A DNA stretch of 64,000 nucleotides from the NCBI RefSeq assembly GCF_003334385.1, contig NZ_QOWN01000003.1. The stretch is one strand, 5' to 3'. Within the stretch, counting starts at the first letter, position 1. Every line of letters starts with the position of its first letter. Both the position numbers and the translations under genes were made by a program. This DNA is from Escherichia coli. Lineage in GTDB: Bacteria; Pseudomonadota; Gammaproteobacteria; Enterobacterales; Enterobacteriaceae. Positions 31,732-48,147 of this stretch are shown here, piece after piece. The notes beneath the pieces are model-generated. The model ran no database searches. It was given only the letters and a program-made list of their open reading frames with translations, and was not told the DNA's origin.

Positions 31732-33240
31732 TTACTGCTGCGGAATTGCCGGTACAGCCGGAACGTTAAGAGCTGGCATCGCAAACATGCCAACAAAATC
31801 TTCTAACGACATTTTCTGCCCATTTAACGTTATCTGACCGTTAGCATATTGCAGGCTGGTGGTGATGGTATTGTCCTGCAAGGTGGTCAGACGGAACATC
31901 TGCCCCATTGCTGATGCACCTTCAACTTGCTGTTTCGCCAGTTTTTTCGCTTGATCTTCCTGATAACCTTCCAGCTTCGCTACCTGAGTCATAAACTCAG
32001 TTGCCATATCCACCGGAATGGTCAGTTTCGCATCCAGAGATTTAACCGAACGATCTACTTCCTGCGCCAGCGTTTGCGGCGCTTCTTTAGTCGTTGCCGG
32101 ATCTTTCAGGAACAGCGACAGATTCAGGGCACTTTCACCCTGACTGTTTTTCCAGCTTAGCGGCGCGATAGTAATCACCGGATCGCCTTTCAGCATCAGC
32201 GGCAGGGCGCTAAAGAAGGCTTCCGTCACTTTCTCCTGATAAAGTTCGGGGTTGTTGGCAATTTCTGGCTGTGCCAGCAGCGCCTGAGTTTGCGCGTTAT
32301 ATTGCTGGCTAAACTGATGCCAGGCTTCACCATCAATCTGGCCGACTTTTAAAGTCAGCTTGCCGCTGCCCAGATCCTGATTCTGTACCTTCAGGCTGTT
32401 TAGCGAGTAATCCAGTTGGCTATTGATCGTTTTACCGTCATTGACCAGATCCGATTTACCGCTGATCTCCATGCCTTCCAGCAGTGCCAGTTCTTTGCCT
32501 TCCACTGAAATGGTCATTTTTTCCAGTGACAGTTTTTGATTTCCTACACGCTCACCAAAACTTGCCAGCGTGCTGGAACCGTCGGTTTTCAGATTATTAA
32601 AGGTCAACTGCACTTTCTGGTTGTATTCGTTAACTGCGTCTATCCGACCACTTTGCGCCTCCCCGGAAAGGGAGATGGCTTTGCCGTCTCTGTCAGCATT
32701 TAACTGGAACTCGCCGCCGCTAAAGGCGACTTTTTCATCCTTTTGCTCGTAATTCAGTGGCTTGAGCGAAATATCGGAACTGGAATCACCGCTGTAACCA
32801 ATGCGCGAGTTAATCTCAAAAGGCGTTTCACCTTTTGCCATATCAAACAGTGGTTTGCTTACTTCGTTATTAACCAGCGTGGTTTGAATTGATGCCATCG
32901 ACGGGATCAGGTTCAGTTTTTTAAGCTGGGCAAGCGGGAAGGGACCATGATCAACCGATTCGTTGAAGATGACGCTCTGACCGCTTTTAATCCACGGATT
33001 TTCTTTCCCGGCAATGGGTTTCACCAACAGTTGCAACTGGCTGCTGAATACGCCGCGATGATAGTTTTGATAACTCACTTCCAGGTTGGATTCAGGAGCT
33101 GTCAGTTTGAGTTGCGCGTTCGCCTGCGCGACCATGTCTTCGAGATGGGTTTCAATCTTCTTGCCTGTATACCATGCGCCGCCTGTCCAGACTACGCCTA
33201 GCGCAACAATGACGCCTACCGCTACCAGCGATTTATTCAT
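31732..33240 (-). CDS. ydgA: DUF945 periplasmic protein YdgA
   Basis: 502 aa MNKSLVAVGVIVALGVVWTGGAWYTGKKIETHLEDMVAQ...; matches YdgA. Confidence 0.88.
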   Translation of the reverse strand: MNKSLVAVGVIVALGVVWTGGAWYTGKKIETHLEDMVAQANAQLKLTAPESNLEVSYQNYHRGVFSSQLQLLVKPIAGKENPWIKSGQSVIFNESVDHGPFPLAQLKKLNLIPSMASIQTTLVNNEVSKPLFDMAKGETPFEINSRIGYSGDSSSDISLKPLNYEQKDEKVAFSGGEFQLNADRDGKAISLSGEAQSGRIDAVNEYNQKVQLTFNNLKTDGSSTLASFGERVGNQKLSLEKMTISVEGKELALLEGMEISGKSDLVNDGKTINSQLDYSLNSLKVQNQDLGSGKLTLKVGQIDGEAWHQFSQQYNAQTQALLAQPEIANNPELYQEKVTEAFFSALPLMLKGDPVITIAPLSWKNSQGESALNLSLFLKDPATTKEAPQTLAQEVDRSVKSLDAKLTIPVDMATEFMTQVAKLEGYQEDQAKKLAKQQVEGASAMGQMFRLTTLQDNTITTSLQYANGQITLNGQKMSLEDFVGMFAMPALNVPAVPAIPQQ

Positions 33241-33340
33241 AATGATTATCCATAAAATGAAATCAGGCGGACTGGCCGCCTGAAGGTGTTATAAGCCTTT
33301 AATAAGCTTAGCAAGAGATGTTAATTTTTTCAGTAAGCTC

Positions 33341-34516
33341 TTACAGCTTGTTGTAAACACGCGCTAAACGGCCGTGGCCTTTGACAGTCACCGGTGATTC
33401 GTTGGCGGCAATAAACGCTGATTCACCCGGTTTAAGCTGTAACTGCTGAGAACCTTTCCACAACGTTGCATCGCCTTCGACGCAGAACAAAATGGCGGCA
33501 CTCTGCTGGCTAATGGTGGTTTCTTTATCACTAAGGTCATGCAGCGAGAAGGCAAAATCATCCACTGGAATCGGGAAGTCCAGTTCTGCACCTTGTTTCA
33601 CCGGCTGGGTCAACAACTGGTTAGCCGGTTTGGCTTCGAATTTCACATTGGCAACCAGTTCCGGAATATCAATGTATTTAGGCGTCAGACCCGCACGCAG
33701 CACGTTATCGGAGTTTGCCATCACTTCCAGCGCCACGCCTTGCAGGTAAGCGTGCGGTGTTTCAGCGAACAGGAACATCGCTTCGCCAGGGTTCAATTTC
33801 ACCACATTCAGCAATAGCGGGGAGAACAGACCGCTGTCTTCCGGGTAAAATTCAGAAATTAAACGAATCGTTTGCCACGGTTCACCCTGCTGGCTATCGA
33901 GGGCCGATTTTAAAATCGCCAGCGCGCGGGATTTTTCTTCACCCTGCATATTCAACAGGCTGGCGAACAGTTCGCTTAAACGTTCGGCATCAGGCTGTTG
34001 TAAAAAGTGAGCAATCGCCGGATGTGCACCTGCGACCGGCTGGAGTAGGGAGACAATCTCGGAAAATTCACGAAACGCGTTCATCGCAAGGAAAGGCGTC
34101 AGCGCAAAAACCAGCTCCGGCTTGTGGTTAGGATCTTTATAGTTACGCTCGGCGGCATCCATCGGGATACCTGCGGCATTTTCTTTGGCAAAACCGATTT
34201 CAGAATTGTGTTTGTTTGGATGAACCTGAATGGAGAGTGGCTGTGCTGCGCATAATACTTTGAACAGGAAAGGCAGTTCGCCAAAGCGTTTGGCAACGGC
34301 CTCTCCGAGCAGAGTCGATTTATCACTCTCAATCACATCACGCAGTGAAACGATATCTCCGGCGGCATTCTGCACTCGTGAACTGCTTTTCGGATGTGCG
34401 CCCATCCACAGCTCGGCCATCGGCTGGCTGGACGGATTTTCCATACCATAAAGTTCAGTCAACGCCGTTTTGCTGCCCCAGGCATAGTTTTGCACTGAGT
34501 TAATGAGTTTTTGCAT
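33341..34516 (-). CDS. manA: Mannose-6-phosphate isomerase
   Basis: ORF 33341..34594; start at MQKLINSVQNYAWGSKTALTELYGMENPSSQPMAELWMGAHP gives 391 aa as in K-12. Confidence 0.92.
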   Translation of the reverse strand: MQKLINSVQNYAWGSKTALTELYGMENPSSQPMAELWMGAHPKSSSRVQNAAGDIVSLRDVIESDKSTLLGEAVAKRFGELPFLFKVLCAAQPLSIQVHPNKHNSEIGFAKENAAGIPMDAAERNYKDPNHKPELVFALTPFLAMNAFREFSEIVSLLQPVAGAHPAIAHFLQQPDAERLSELFASLLNMQGEEKSRALAILKSALDSQQGEPWQTIRLISEFYPEDSGLFSPLLLNVVKLNPGEAMFLFAETPHAYLQGVALEVMANSDNVLRAGLTPKYIDIPELVANVKFEAKPANQLLTQPVKQGAELDFPIPVDDFAFSLHDLSDKETTISQQSAAILFCVEGDATLWKGSQQLQLKPGESAFIAANESPVTVKGHGRLARVYNKL

Positions 34517-34714
34517 GATCAATCCCTGTTTTAATGTGGAAATTAATCCCACTATTAAAGCAAGAATCCTACGGGAAGTAACCTGGAGCCGCAAAAAGTC
34601 GTACTAGTCTCAGTTTTTGTTAAAAAAGTGTGTAGGATATTGTTACTCGCTTTTAACAGGGCAACGGAACACCCGCCCAGAGCATAACCAAACCAGGCAG
34701 TAAGTGAGAGAACA

Positions 34715-36361
34715 ATGTCAAACAAACCCTTTCATTATCAGGCTCCTTTTCCACTCAAAAAAGATGATACTGAGTATTACCTGCTAACCAGCGAACACGT
34801 TAGCGTATCTGAATTTGAAGGGCAGGAGATTTTGAAAGTCGCACCCGAAGCGTTAACTCTGTTGGCGCGCCAGGCGTTTCATGATGCGTCGTTCATGCTG
34901 CGTCCGGCGCACCAACAACAGGTGGCCGACATTCTGCGTGACCCGGAGGCCAGCGAAAATGATAAATATGTGGCGCTGCAATTCCTGCGTAACTCCGACA
35001 TCGCGGCGAAAGGCGTTCTGCCAACCTGTCAGGATACCGGCACCGCGATTATTGTTGGTAAAAAAGGGCAGCGTGTATGGACCGGTGGTGGTGATGAAGC
35101 GGCGCTGGCGCGCGGTGTCTATAACACTTATATCGAAGATAATCTGCGCTACTCGCAAAACGCGCCGCTGGATATGTATAAAGAAGTGAATACCGGCACC
35201 AATCTGCCAGCGCAGATCGATCTTTATGCCGTTGATGGCGACGAATACAAATTCCTCTGTATCGCCAAAGGTGGTGGTTCGGCAAACAAGACGTATCTCT
35301 ATCAGGAAACCAAAGCGTTACTGACGCCGGGGAAACTGAAAAATTACCTGGTTGAGAAGATGCGCACGCTGGGTACGGCGGCCTGTCCTCCGTATCATAT
35401 TGCGTTCGTTATTGGTGGAACTTCTGCAGAAACGAACCTTAAAACGGTGAAACTGGCTTCCGCGAAATACTATGATGAACTGCCAACGGAAGGGAATGAG
35501 CACGGTCAGGCGTTCCGCGATGTGGAACTGGAAAAAGAATTGCTGATCGAAGCGCAAAATCTTGGTCTGGGTGCGCAGTTTGGTGGTAAATACTTCGCTC
35601 ACGACATCCGCGTGATTCGCCTGCCACGTCACGGCGCATCCTGCCCGGTCGGTATGGGCGTCTCCTGCTCTGCTGACCGTAATATCAAAGCGAAGATCAA
35701 CCGTCAGGGGATCTGGATCGAAAAACTGGAACATAATCCAGGCAAATATATCCCGGAAGAGCTGCGCAAAGCGGGAGAAGGCGAAGCGGTGCGCGTTGAC
35801 CTTAACCGTCCGATGAAAGAGATCCTCGCACAGTTGTCGCAGTATCCCGTTTCTACACGCTTATCGCTTAACGGCACGATTATCGTCGGTCGTGATATTG
35901 CTCACGCCAAACTGAAAGAGCGGATGGATAACGGTGAAGGGCTGCCGCAGTACATCAAAGATCATCCGATTTACTACGCGGGTCCGGCCAAAACGCCGGA
36001 AGGTTATGCCTCCGGTTCTCTTGGCCCAACGACCGCCGGACGGATGGATTCTTATGTCGATCAACTGCAAGCGCAGGGCGGAAGTATGATCATGCTGGCG
36101 AAAGGCAACCGCAGCCAGCAGGTGACGGATGCCTGTAAAAAACACGGCGGCTTCTACCTTGGCAGTATCGGTGGTCCGGCCGCTGTATTGGCGCAGGGAA
36201 GTATTAAGAGCCTGGAATGTGTTGAATATCCGGAACTGGGAATGGAAGCCATCTGGAAAATTGAAGTGGAAGATTTCCCGGCGTTTATCCTTGTGGATGA
36301 TAAAGGAAATGACTTCTTCCAGCAGATACAACTCACACAATGCACCCGCTGTGTGAAATAA
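34715..36361 (+). CDS. fumA: Class I fumarate hydratase (FeS) FumA
   Basis: 548 aa [42 protein letters not shown]...; matches FumA. Confidence 0.92.
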   Translation: MSNKPFHYQAPFPLKKDDTEYYLLTSEHVSVSEFEGQEILKVAPEALTLLARQAFHDASFMLRPAHQQQVADILRDPEASENDKYVALQFLRNSDIAAKGVLPTCQDTGTAIIVGKKGQRVWTGGGDEAALARGVYNTYIEDNLRYSQNAPLDMYKEVNTGTNLPAQIDLYAVDGDEYKFLCIAKGGGSANKTYLYQETKALLTPGKLKNYLVEKMRTLGTAACPPYHIAFVIGGTSAETNLKTVKLASAKYYDELPTEGNEHGQAFRDVELEKELLIEAQNLGLGAQFGGKYFAHDIRVIRLPRHGASCPVGMGVSCSADRNIKAKINRQGIWIEKLEHNPGKYIPEELRKAGEGEAVRVDLNRPMKEILAQLSQYPVSTRLSLNGTIIVGRDIAHAKLKERMDNGEGLPQYIKDHPIYYAGPAKTPEGYASGSLGPTTAGRMDSYVDQLQAQGGSMIMLAKGNRSQQVTDACKKHGGFYLGSIGGPAAVLAQGSIKSLECVEYPELGMEAIWKIEVEDFPAFILVDDKGNDFFQQIQLTQCTRCVK

Positions 36362-36365
36362 ACAG

Positions 36366-36390
36366 AGCCGCCCTTCGGGGCGGTTTTTTT
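36366..36390 (+). terminator. Intrinsic terminator after fumA
   Basis: AGCCGCCC-ttcg-GGGCGG followed by TTTTTTT. Confidence 0.8.
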
Positions 36391-36503
36391 ACATGGCACG
36401 AAAGACCAAACATTTGTTATCAAATGGTAAACAATAAGTGAGCTAAAAGTTGCTTAACGAAAGCAAAACAGAAAGAAAAAATTAATCAGGTGAGGAGCAG
36501 GTC

Positions 36504-38866
<2,363 letters not shown>

Positions 38867-38908
38867 TTATAGCACAGTCGTGGTGACTTGACCATCGTGC
38901 GCGTAGTG

Positions 38909-40210
38909 TCAGGCAGAGGTAAATTGCGGGATGTTATGCCATAACGGCCAGCTAAACGAGAAGCGGGCACCACCCAGTTCGCTGGTGTCACAATTAACCG
39001 TACCGCCCATTGCCAGTGCTATAGAGTGGACAATTGCCAGCCCCAGCCCGCAGCCGCCGGTTGAGCGATCCCGGCTGGGATCGAGGCGAACAAAAGGTTC
39101 AAAGATATGTTCGCGGTTTTCTGGGGCAATCCCTGGGCCATCATCCTCAACAATTAATGTCGCTCTATTCCCCGACAGTAGCAGGCTGGTTTCAACCGTT
39201 GAATGGCAGTACCGCAGGGCGTTATTGAGCAAATTATCCAGCACGCGCTCCATTAAGCGCATATCCAACGCCGCATAATGGCCTTGCACGAGCGTTTTTA
39301 TCCGTACCGTTTTATCGGGCGTTACTGCCTGAATATCTGCCAGATGCGTTGACAGCCACAACGGCAGGTCTGGTTCGCTAAGATGAAGCTCGTTTTGTGG
39401 GCGATCGAGTCGGGCATAAGTCAGCAGCTCTTCAATTAAAGCTTCAAGTTGACTGATATCACGATTCAACGCCTGGGATTCGGCGGCGCTCAGGTTATCG
39501 CTCATCTCCAGTCGATAACGCAGGCGCACTAACGGTGTTCGCAGTTCGTGAGCGATACCGTCAATAAGCTGTTTTTTGCTGGCAATTAAGGCGTTGATAT
39601 TGTCCGCCATCTGGTTAAATGCGACGCCAAGTCGTTCAAAGCTCGAACCCTCATCAAAGTGGATACGTTCATTGAGATGCCCATCGCCAAATCGTTGCGC
39701 CGCTGCTTCCAGTTTTAACATATCCTGCCAGTGCGGACGCATCCAGATAAACACCGGAAAGGCGAGGGAAATAGCAATAAAAGCGATCAGGGCGATATCC
39801 AGCAATCGCATCTGATGGAGATAATAAAGATAAGGAACAGGACCAACTGCCAGCACGTAGTGGCTGCGCGGGATACGCTGCAAAAACGTGTACTGATCGT
39901 CCAGGGCGACAATTTCGCCGCCACGCAGTCGGTGCATGGAAATATCATCAAGATGGTATTTACTCAGTGGCTCGACACGCAGATCGAAAGAGAGATTTAA
40001 ATCCATCTCTTTCAGAGTTTTACCCCAGTCGTGTGGGGGGATCTCACGCAATTCGCTGCGCATCAGATACAGCGAACTGTTCATCAAATCATCCAGCGAC
40101 TGTTTGCCCGCGCGTTCGGCGGTAAATTTGTACACCAGCCCAACCAGCAGAGACATCACAAGGAAGCAGACAAACAATAACAGGTAAAACTGGATAAACA
40201 GTTTTTTCAT
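38909..40210 (-). CDS. rstB: Two-component sensor histidine kinase RstB
   Basis: 433 aa MKKLFIQFYLLLFVCFLVMSLLVGLVYKFTAERAGK... with H-box HELRTPL and ATPase G-boxes. Confidence 0.9.
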   Translation of the reverse strand: MKKLFIQFYLLLFVCFLVMSLLVGLVYKFTAERAGKQSLDDLMNSSLYLMRSELREIPPHDWGKTLKEMDLNLSFDLRVEPLSKYHLDDISMHRLRGGEIVALDDQYTFLQRIPRSHYVLAVGPVPYLYYLHQMRLLDIALIAFIAISLAFPVFIWMRPHWQDMLKLEAAAQRFGDGHLNERIHFDEGSSFERLGVAFNQMADNINALIASKKQLIDGIAHELRTPLVRLRYRLEMSDNLSAAESQALNRDISQLEALIEELLTYARLDRPQNELHLSEPDLPLWLSTHLADIQAVTPDKTVRIKTLVQGHYAALDMRLMERVLDNLLNNALRYCHSTVETSLLLSGNRATLIVEDDGPGIAPENREHIFEPFVRLDPSRDRSTGGCGLGLAIVHSIALAMGGTVNCDTSELGGARFSFSWPLWHNIPQFTSA

Positions 40211-40213
40211 CGC

Positions 40214-40933
40214 TTATTCCCATGCATGAGGCGCAAAAAGATAGCCTTTGTTACGCACAGTTTTAATGCGATAAGGTTCTGCGGCGTTATCGAGCAGTTT
40301 TTTTCTTAACCGCGAAATAGCCACGTCCACGCTACGATCCAGTCCGTCATAACTGACGCCGCGTAAATTTTTCAGCAATGCATCGCGGTCCATGATTTGC
40401 CCGGCATGGGTAGCTAATTCCCACAATAATTCGAAATCAGCTGTCGAGAGCGAGATTTCAGTGTTAGCCAGGGTGACTACGCGGTTGATGGGATCGATGG
40501 TCAACGTGCCGAAATGCAGGGCTTTGTAGGGAGTCAGAGACGTTTCCTGAAGACCTTTGGTCAGTGTGGCTTGCTCATTCTGACGCAAATGCAAACGTAA
40601 ACGCGCTAGCAAAACAGCAGGGGGCGTCGTTTTGAGAATATAGTCGCAGGCACCCATTTCCAGTGCCAGGATGTGGTTCATATCGCTATCGAGAGAGGTT
40701 AGAAGAACAATCGGTCCAGACCACTTTGCGCGTAAATCACGACAAATGGTCATGCCGTCCTTGCCTGGTAGCATGATGTCGAGTAACACCAAATCCGGAT
40801 TTTCTCGCAAAATGGTTTCTTCGGCCTGGTCGCCGCGCGGCTCTACGGTAACCTGCATATCATGTTTTGCCAGGTACGCGGCAATCAGTGAACCGACTTC
40901 CGCATCATCTTCCACAAATACGATAGTGTTCAT
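40214..40933 (-). CDS. rstA: OmpR-family response regulator RstA
   Basis: ORF 40214..40993; start at MNTIVFVEDDAEVGSLIAAYLAKHDMQV gives 239 aa as in K-12. Confidence 0.9.
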   Translation of the reverse strand: MNTIVFVEDDAEVGSLIAAYLAKHDMQVTVEPRGDQAEETILRENPDLVLLDIMLPGKDGMTICRDLRAKWSGPIVLLTSLDSDMNHILALEMGACDYILKTTPPAVLLARLRLHLRQNEQATLTKGLQETSLTPYKALHFGTLTIDPINRVVTLANTEISLSTADFELLWELATHAGQIMDRDALLKNLRGVSYDGLDRSVDVAISRLRKKLLDNAAEPYRIKTVRNKGYLFAPHAWE

Positions 40934-41061
40934 AACATTCACGGTAGATATAAAAACGTCACAATACACCGCGCTGTTTTTACTTACTATCAATCGTTTC
41001 TAAACAAGTTTTCATCAGGTATTCTACTGATGACTTGTTATGGAAGTGTTAAGGTAAAAAG

Positions 41062-41397
41062 ATGGGGCTGGTAATCAAAGCCGCGCTCGGTGCGCTGGTA
41101 GTGCTGTTGATTGGTGTTTTAGCAAAAACGAAAAATTATTATATCGCCGGGCTGATTCCACTTTTCCCGACCTTTGCGCTTATCGCGCATTATATTGTTG
41201 CCAGCGAACGCGGCATTGAAGCCTTACGCGCAACCATCATTTTTAGTATGTGGTCGATTATTCCCTATTTTGTTTACCTGGTGTCGCTGTGGTATTTCAC
41301 CGGAATGATGCGCTTGCCCGCCGCTTTTGTTGGTTCTGTTGCGTGTTGGGGGATAAGCGCATGGGTGTTGATTATATGCTGGATAAAGCTGCATTAA
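41062..41397 (+). CDS. ydgC: GlpM-family inner membrane protein YdgC
   Basis: 111 aa hydrophobic MGLVIKAALGALVVLLIGVLAKTKNYYIAGLIPLFP... Confidence 0.85.
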   Translation: MGLVIKAALGALVVLLIGVLAKTKNYYIAGLIPLFPTFALIAHYIVASERGIEALRATIIFSMWSIIPYFVYLVSLWYFTGMMRLPAAFVGSVACWGISAWVLIICWIKLH

Positions 41398-42116
41398 CGC
41401 AGATGACGACCGCCATCAAGTGGGAAACTGCGTCCGGTGACAAAGCAACTGGTAAGTAAGTAATCGACCAGGTCGATCACTTCTTTCTCGCCAGGCGCGG
41501 TTTTCATCAGTGATTTATTCAGCGCCTGTTGTCGATATTCGGCATCATCATGTTCATTAAACAGGATCAGCGATGGCGCAATAGAATTCACTTTCACTTT
41601 CGGTGCCAGCTTGCGGGCAAACGAGCGGGTCATATTATCCAGTGCCGCTTTGCTTGCAGCATACGCAATATGTTTGTCGCTACCGCGCTCCACCACATAA
41701 TCGGTAAAGTGAATGATATCGCTGGCGGCGTGTCCGTGCCCACGCAGTAATCTTTCCAGCGCATGGTTGAGCAGGTATGGGGTATTAACGTGGATCTGCA
41801 TCATGCAAGCCAGTACGTCGGCCAGTGGCGCACCCGGTTTTTCCGCCATCCACGCACTGGCGTTATGCAAAATAGCACGCAGACCATGGGTGCTTTTTAG
41901 TACTTCATCGGCAAACGCCATCACACCGTCGTTGGTCGAAAAATCAGCCTGAATACACTGCGCACCTGCATTAATCAGTCCATCAATGGCTGGATAGTGT
42001 GTCCGATAGCTGACAATCACCGGTTGCTTTTGATTAATGAAATGCCATGCGAGGGCGAGGCCGATGCGACGACCTCCGCCAGTAATTAATATTGGCAAGG
42101 GCTGGGTTTTACCCAT
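41394..42116 (-). CDS. folM: Dihydromonapterin reductase / SDR-family dihydrofolate reductase FolM
   Basis: 240 aa MGKTQPLPILITGGGRRIGLALAWHFINQKQPVIVSYRTHYPAID...; 4-bp convergent overlap with ydgC. Confidence 0.9.
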   Translation of the reverse strand: MGKTQPLPILITGGGRRIGLALAWHFINQKQPVIVSYRTHYPAIDGLINAGAQCIQADFSTNDGVMAFADEVLKSTHGLRAILHNASAWMAEKPGAPLADVLACMMQIHVNTPYLLNHALERLLRGHGHAASDIIHFTDYVVERGSDKHIAYAASKAALDNMTRSFARKLAPKVKVNSIAPSLILFNEHDDAEYRQQALNKSLMKTAPGEKEVIDLVDYLLTSCFVTGRSFPLDGGRHLR

Positions 42117-42152
42117 CGTTATCTCCTTTGCTATCCAACGATGGGATGAACG

Positions 42153-43535
42153 TTATCCCACCAGCATCCAGGTCGCCGGAACTGAGGCAATTAACAGCAT
42201 GCCAATCAGCACCATTTCCTGACGGTTCAGTACATTATCATGGGTATGCGTTTTGCGCGCGTACAGGAAAACCAGCAGCCCCGGTGCATACAGAACAACG
42301 GATAACAGCAAGTGCATTGGACCAGAGGCGTACAATAACCATAAGCCATAAATGCAGGCACCGACACCTACCGCTTTATGCAGTGGACGGGTTGCGATTT
42401 TCAGCAAGAACGCGCCGACCAGGAAATAGGGCACCAGAATCATTTCTGAGGCGATGGTCAGCAACGTGTTGTAATCGGAACCGGTCAGCCAGATGAGTAC
42501 CAGACAAATTTGCACGCAGATGTTGGTCAACCACAGTGAGGCGGATGGCGCAGCTTGTGCGTTCTGGCGCGCAAAAATGCGCGGGAATGCTTTATGAGTG
42601 GCGGCCAGGAACGGTACTTCTGCTGCCATGATGGTCCAGCTTAAGTACGCGCCGCAAACGGAAACGATCAAACCGGCAGCGATGATGATTTCGCCCCATG
42701 GTCCCATCATTTCCACCATCAGACCGGCCATTGACGGGTTACGAATTTCAGCCAGTTCAGGACGTGCCACCACACCCAGCGAAAGCAGCGTTACCAGCAA
42801 GTAAACGCCCAGAGCGGAGAGAACCGCCAGCAGTGTCGCTTTGCCAACATCACGTTTATTACGCGCACGCGCAGAAACAACCACGGCACCTTCCACACCA
42901 ATGAAAACCCACAGGGTGATCAGCATGGTGTTTTTCACCTGTTCCCAAACGGGTACGCCAAGTGCAAGTCCGGTGAAGTCGAGCTTGAAGGTATCCAGTT
43001 TGAACATCATCATCGCCAGCACAACAAACAGACCCAGCGGCAACAATTTTGCCAGTGTCGCCACCAGGTTAATGCTGGCAGCGGTTTGCACCCCGCGCAG
43101 GATCAAAAAGTGAACAATCCACAATAAAGCCGATGCACCGACTATCGATTGCCAGGTATTACCATCGCCAAACAGGCGCAATTCCGGCGTGTCCGTAAAA
43201 AAGCTTAACGCGGAAAAAACGATCACCAGATAGGAGACGTTGGCGATGACTGCGCACAGCCAGTATCCCCATGCGGAACAAAAGCCGATTAGCTCGCCAA
43301 ACCCTTCGCGGGCATAGGTAAAGATACCGCCGTCAAGTTCGGGACGAATGCGCGTGAGGATCAGCATGGCAAAGGCCAGCAATAAAATGCCAGCGCCAGT
43401 AATACCCCAGCCGATGAGCAGTGCTGCCGGGCTGGCAACTGCCGCCATATTTTGCGGCAGACTGAAAACACCCGCGCCCAGCATTGAGCTTAATACCAGC
43501 GCGGTGAGTGCGCTCAGTCCCAGTTTCTTTTCCAT
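42153..43535 (-). CDS. ydgI: APC-family putative arginine:ornithine antiporter YdgI
   Basis: 460 aa MEKKLGLSALTALVLSSMLGAGVFSLPQNMAAVASPAALLIGWGITG... Confidence 0.88.
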   Translation of the reverse strand: MEKKLGLSALTALVLSSMLGAGVFSLPQNMAAVASPAALLIGWGITGAGILLLAFAMLILTRIRPELDGGIFTYAREGFGELIGFCSAWGYWLCAVIANVSYLVIVFSALSFFTDTPELRLFGDGNTWQSIVGASALLWIVHFLILRGVQTAASINLVATLAKLLPLGLFVVLAMMMFKLDTFKLDFTGLALGVPVWEQVKNTMLITLWVFIGVEGAVVVSARARNKRDVGKATLLAVLSALGVYLLVTLLSLGVVARPELAEIRNPSMAGLMVEMMGPWGEIIIAAGLIVSVCGAYLSWTIMAAEVPFLAATHKAFPRIFARQNAQAAPSASLWLTNICVQICLVLIWLTGSDYNTLLTIASEMILVPYFLVGAFLLKIATRPLHKAVGVGACIYGLWLLYASGPMHLLLSVVLYAPGLLVFLYARKTHTHDNVLNRQEMVLIGMLLIASVPATWMLVG

Positions 43536-43720
43536 CGATATCCAGTGATTAAAACGTGATAAGAAGAATAAATATTAGGGCAAAACGCATAAAAATGGAG
43601 TTTGCCACTGAAGCGCGGGATTTTACGAAGAGATGTGTCTGCATGCAATGGTCGCGGGGAAATTTGTGACTAAAAATGCGAAAGGCGGCATCAAGCCGCC
43701 TTATAGGAGTAACTGAATAG

Positions 43721-44665
43721 TTATTTATACAGATCTGCGCTGACGGTCAGGTTATTACCACGTTCCTGCCACTGGCGGGTGATGTGGTAATACTTAGCAC
43801 CTTTCTTCGCGGCACGTTTCGCAACCTGATAGGAGACTTCGGTCATGTTGCCGTAGTTGCCAGAGAATTTGATGCTGTCGAACGGGACCATCATCGCTGC
43901 GGTCGCTTTGTTCAGTTCTTCGACTTTAGTGCCATCCGGGAGCGTGACGGTGTAACGCCCGCCTTTTGATGACTGGGTTTCAAAGAAGCGACCGACTTCA
44001 GAACTTGGTGATGCGGTAGTCGCAACACCCGGGATCTCAACTTTCTTCGCGGCTTCGCCACCGGCAGCCAGAGCTGCACGTCCTGCTTCGGAATCTGCCG
44101 GGATCACATCCGGGCTCTGGACGATACGTTTCTTAGCATCTTTTTTATAGATGAATGCAGTAATACGCTGGTTGCCGCCCTGGTTGGCATCGATTTGACG
44201 AACGATGTAGAAAGAGTAGGCACCTTTCGCTTTTGCCGCTTTGGTGATGGCATCATTGACTTCTGGCTGGCTACGATAGAAGCCCTGGACGGTGACCGTG
44301 TCAAACGGTTCAATCAGAACAGCCTGATCTTTCGGCAGTTCGACAACACCGTTAATTACGCGATTACTTGTTTCTTCTGCTTTTTCAGCATCGGCTTTAT
44401 AGAGGTCAGCGACCACACGCCAGTTACCGCTGTTACCAAAATCAGAAGTGTCGACAACATAAAAAGAGGCGGCACCTTCTTTATCTGCGCGACGAGAAAC
44501 GGCTTTCACCGCTTCGCCAATAGCATTAAAACGACCGGTAACCACTACACGGTCAAAAGGTTTAACCGCTGCCGCTTGCTCCGGTGTCAGTTCTGTTGCT
44601 GCGTTAACGGAGAATGCCGTAGCAGAAAGCAGTGCCGACGCCAGGAGGGTGTTCTTAAGCTTCAT
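43721..44665 (-). CDS. ydgH: DUF1471-repeat periplasmic protein YdgH
   Basis: 314 aa with signal peptide MKLKNTLLASALLSATAFSVNAA; internal repeated ~100-aa domains. Confidence 0.88.
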   Translation of the reverse strand: MKLKNTLLASALLSATAFSVNAATELTPEQAAAVKPFDRVVVTGRFNAIGEAVKAVSRRADKEGAASFYVVDTSDFGNSGNWRVVADLYKADAEKAEETSNRVINGVVELPKDQAVLIEPFDTVTVQGFYRSQPEVNDAITKAAKAKGAYSFYIVRQIDANQGGNQRITAFIYKKDAKKRIVQSPDVIPADSEAGRAALAAGGEAAKKVEIPGVATTASPSSEVGRFFETQSSKGGRYTVTLPDGTKVEELNKATAAMMVPFDSIKFSGNYGNMTEVSYQVAKRAAKKGAKYYHITRQWQERGNNLTVSADLYK

Positions 44666-45125
44666 AAAAATAATCCTTCGCCTTGCGCAAACCAGGTACT
44701 GGTATTGTTATTAACGAGAAACGTGGCTGATTATTGCATTTAAACGGTGTAACTGTCTGCGTCATTTTTCATATCACATTCCTTAAGCCAATTTTAATCC
44801 TGCTCAAATGACCGTCTATGCTTAAAAAACAGCCGTATCAGCATCATTACTACTGAAGCAACTGAATTGTATAAGTTAATTTAATGTTAAGTAGTGATTC
44901 GTGCCGGGGCGATGTCTCGTTTTACCCGACCGTCGAAGACAATTATCAGTCTTTATCCGGCGTTCTAAGGTGTTTATCCCACTATCACGGCTGAATCGTT
45001 AATATTTTGCGAGTTCACGCCGAAATACTGATTTTTGGCGCTAGATCACAGGCATAATTTTCAGTACGTTATAGGGCGTTTGTTACTAATTTATTTTAAC
45101 GGAGTAACATTTAGCTCGTACATGA

Positions 45126-46721
<1,596 letters not shown>

Positions 46722-46728
46722 GGGGTAA

Positions 46729-48120
<1,392 letters not shown>

Positions 48121-48124
48121 CCCT

Positions 48125-48147
48125 GACGGCCTCTGCTGAGGCCGTCA
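48125..48147. terminator. Bidirectional hairpin terminator between pntB and tqsA
   Basis: GACGGCCTC-tgct-GAGGCCGTC overlapping the tqsA stop, 5 nt after the pntB stop. Confidence 0.7.

Noticed and set aside
43682-43701. Hairpin AAGGCGGC-atca-GCCGCCTT after ydgH as a terminator
   Set aside because: The U-run on the minus strand is offset from the stem by several nucleotides; plausible but weak, so not listed as a feature.
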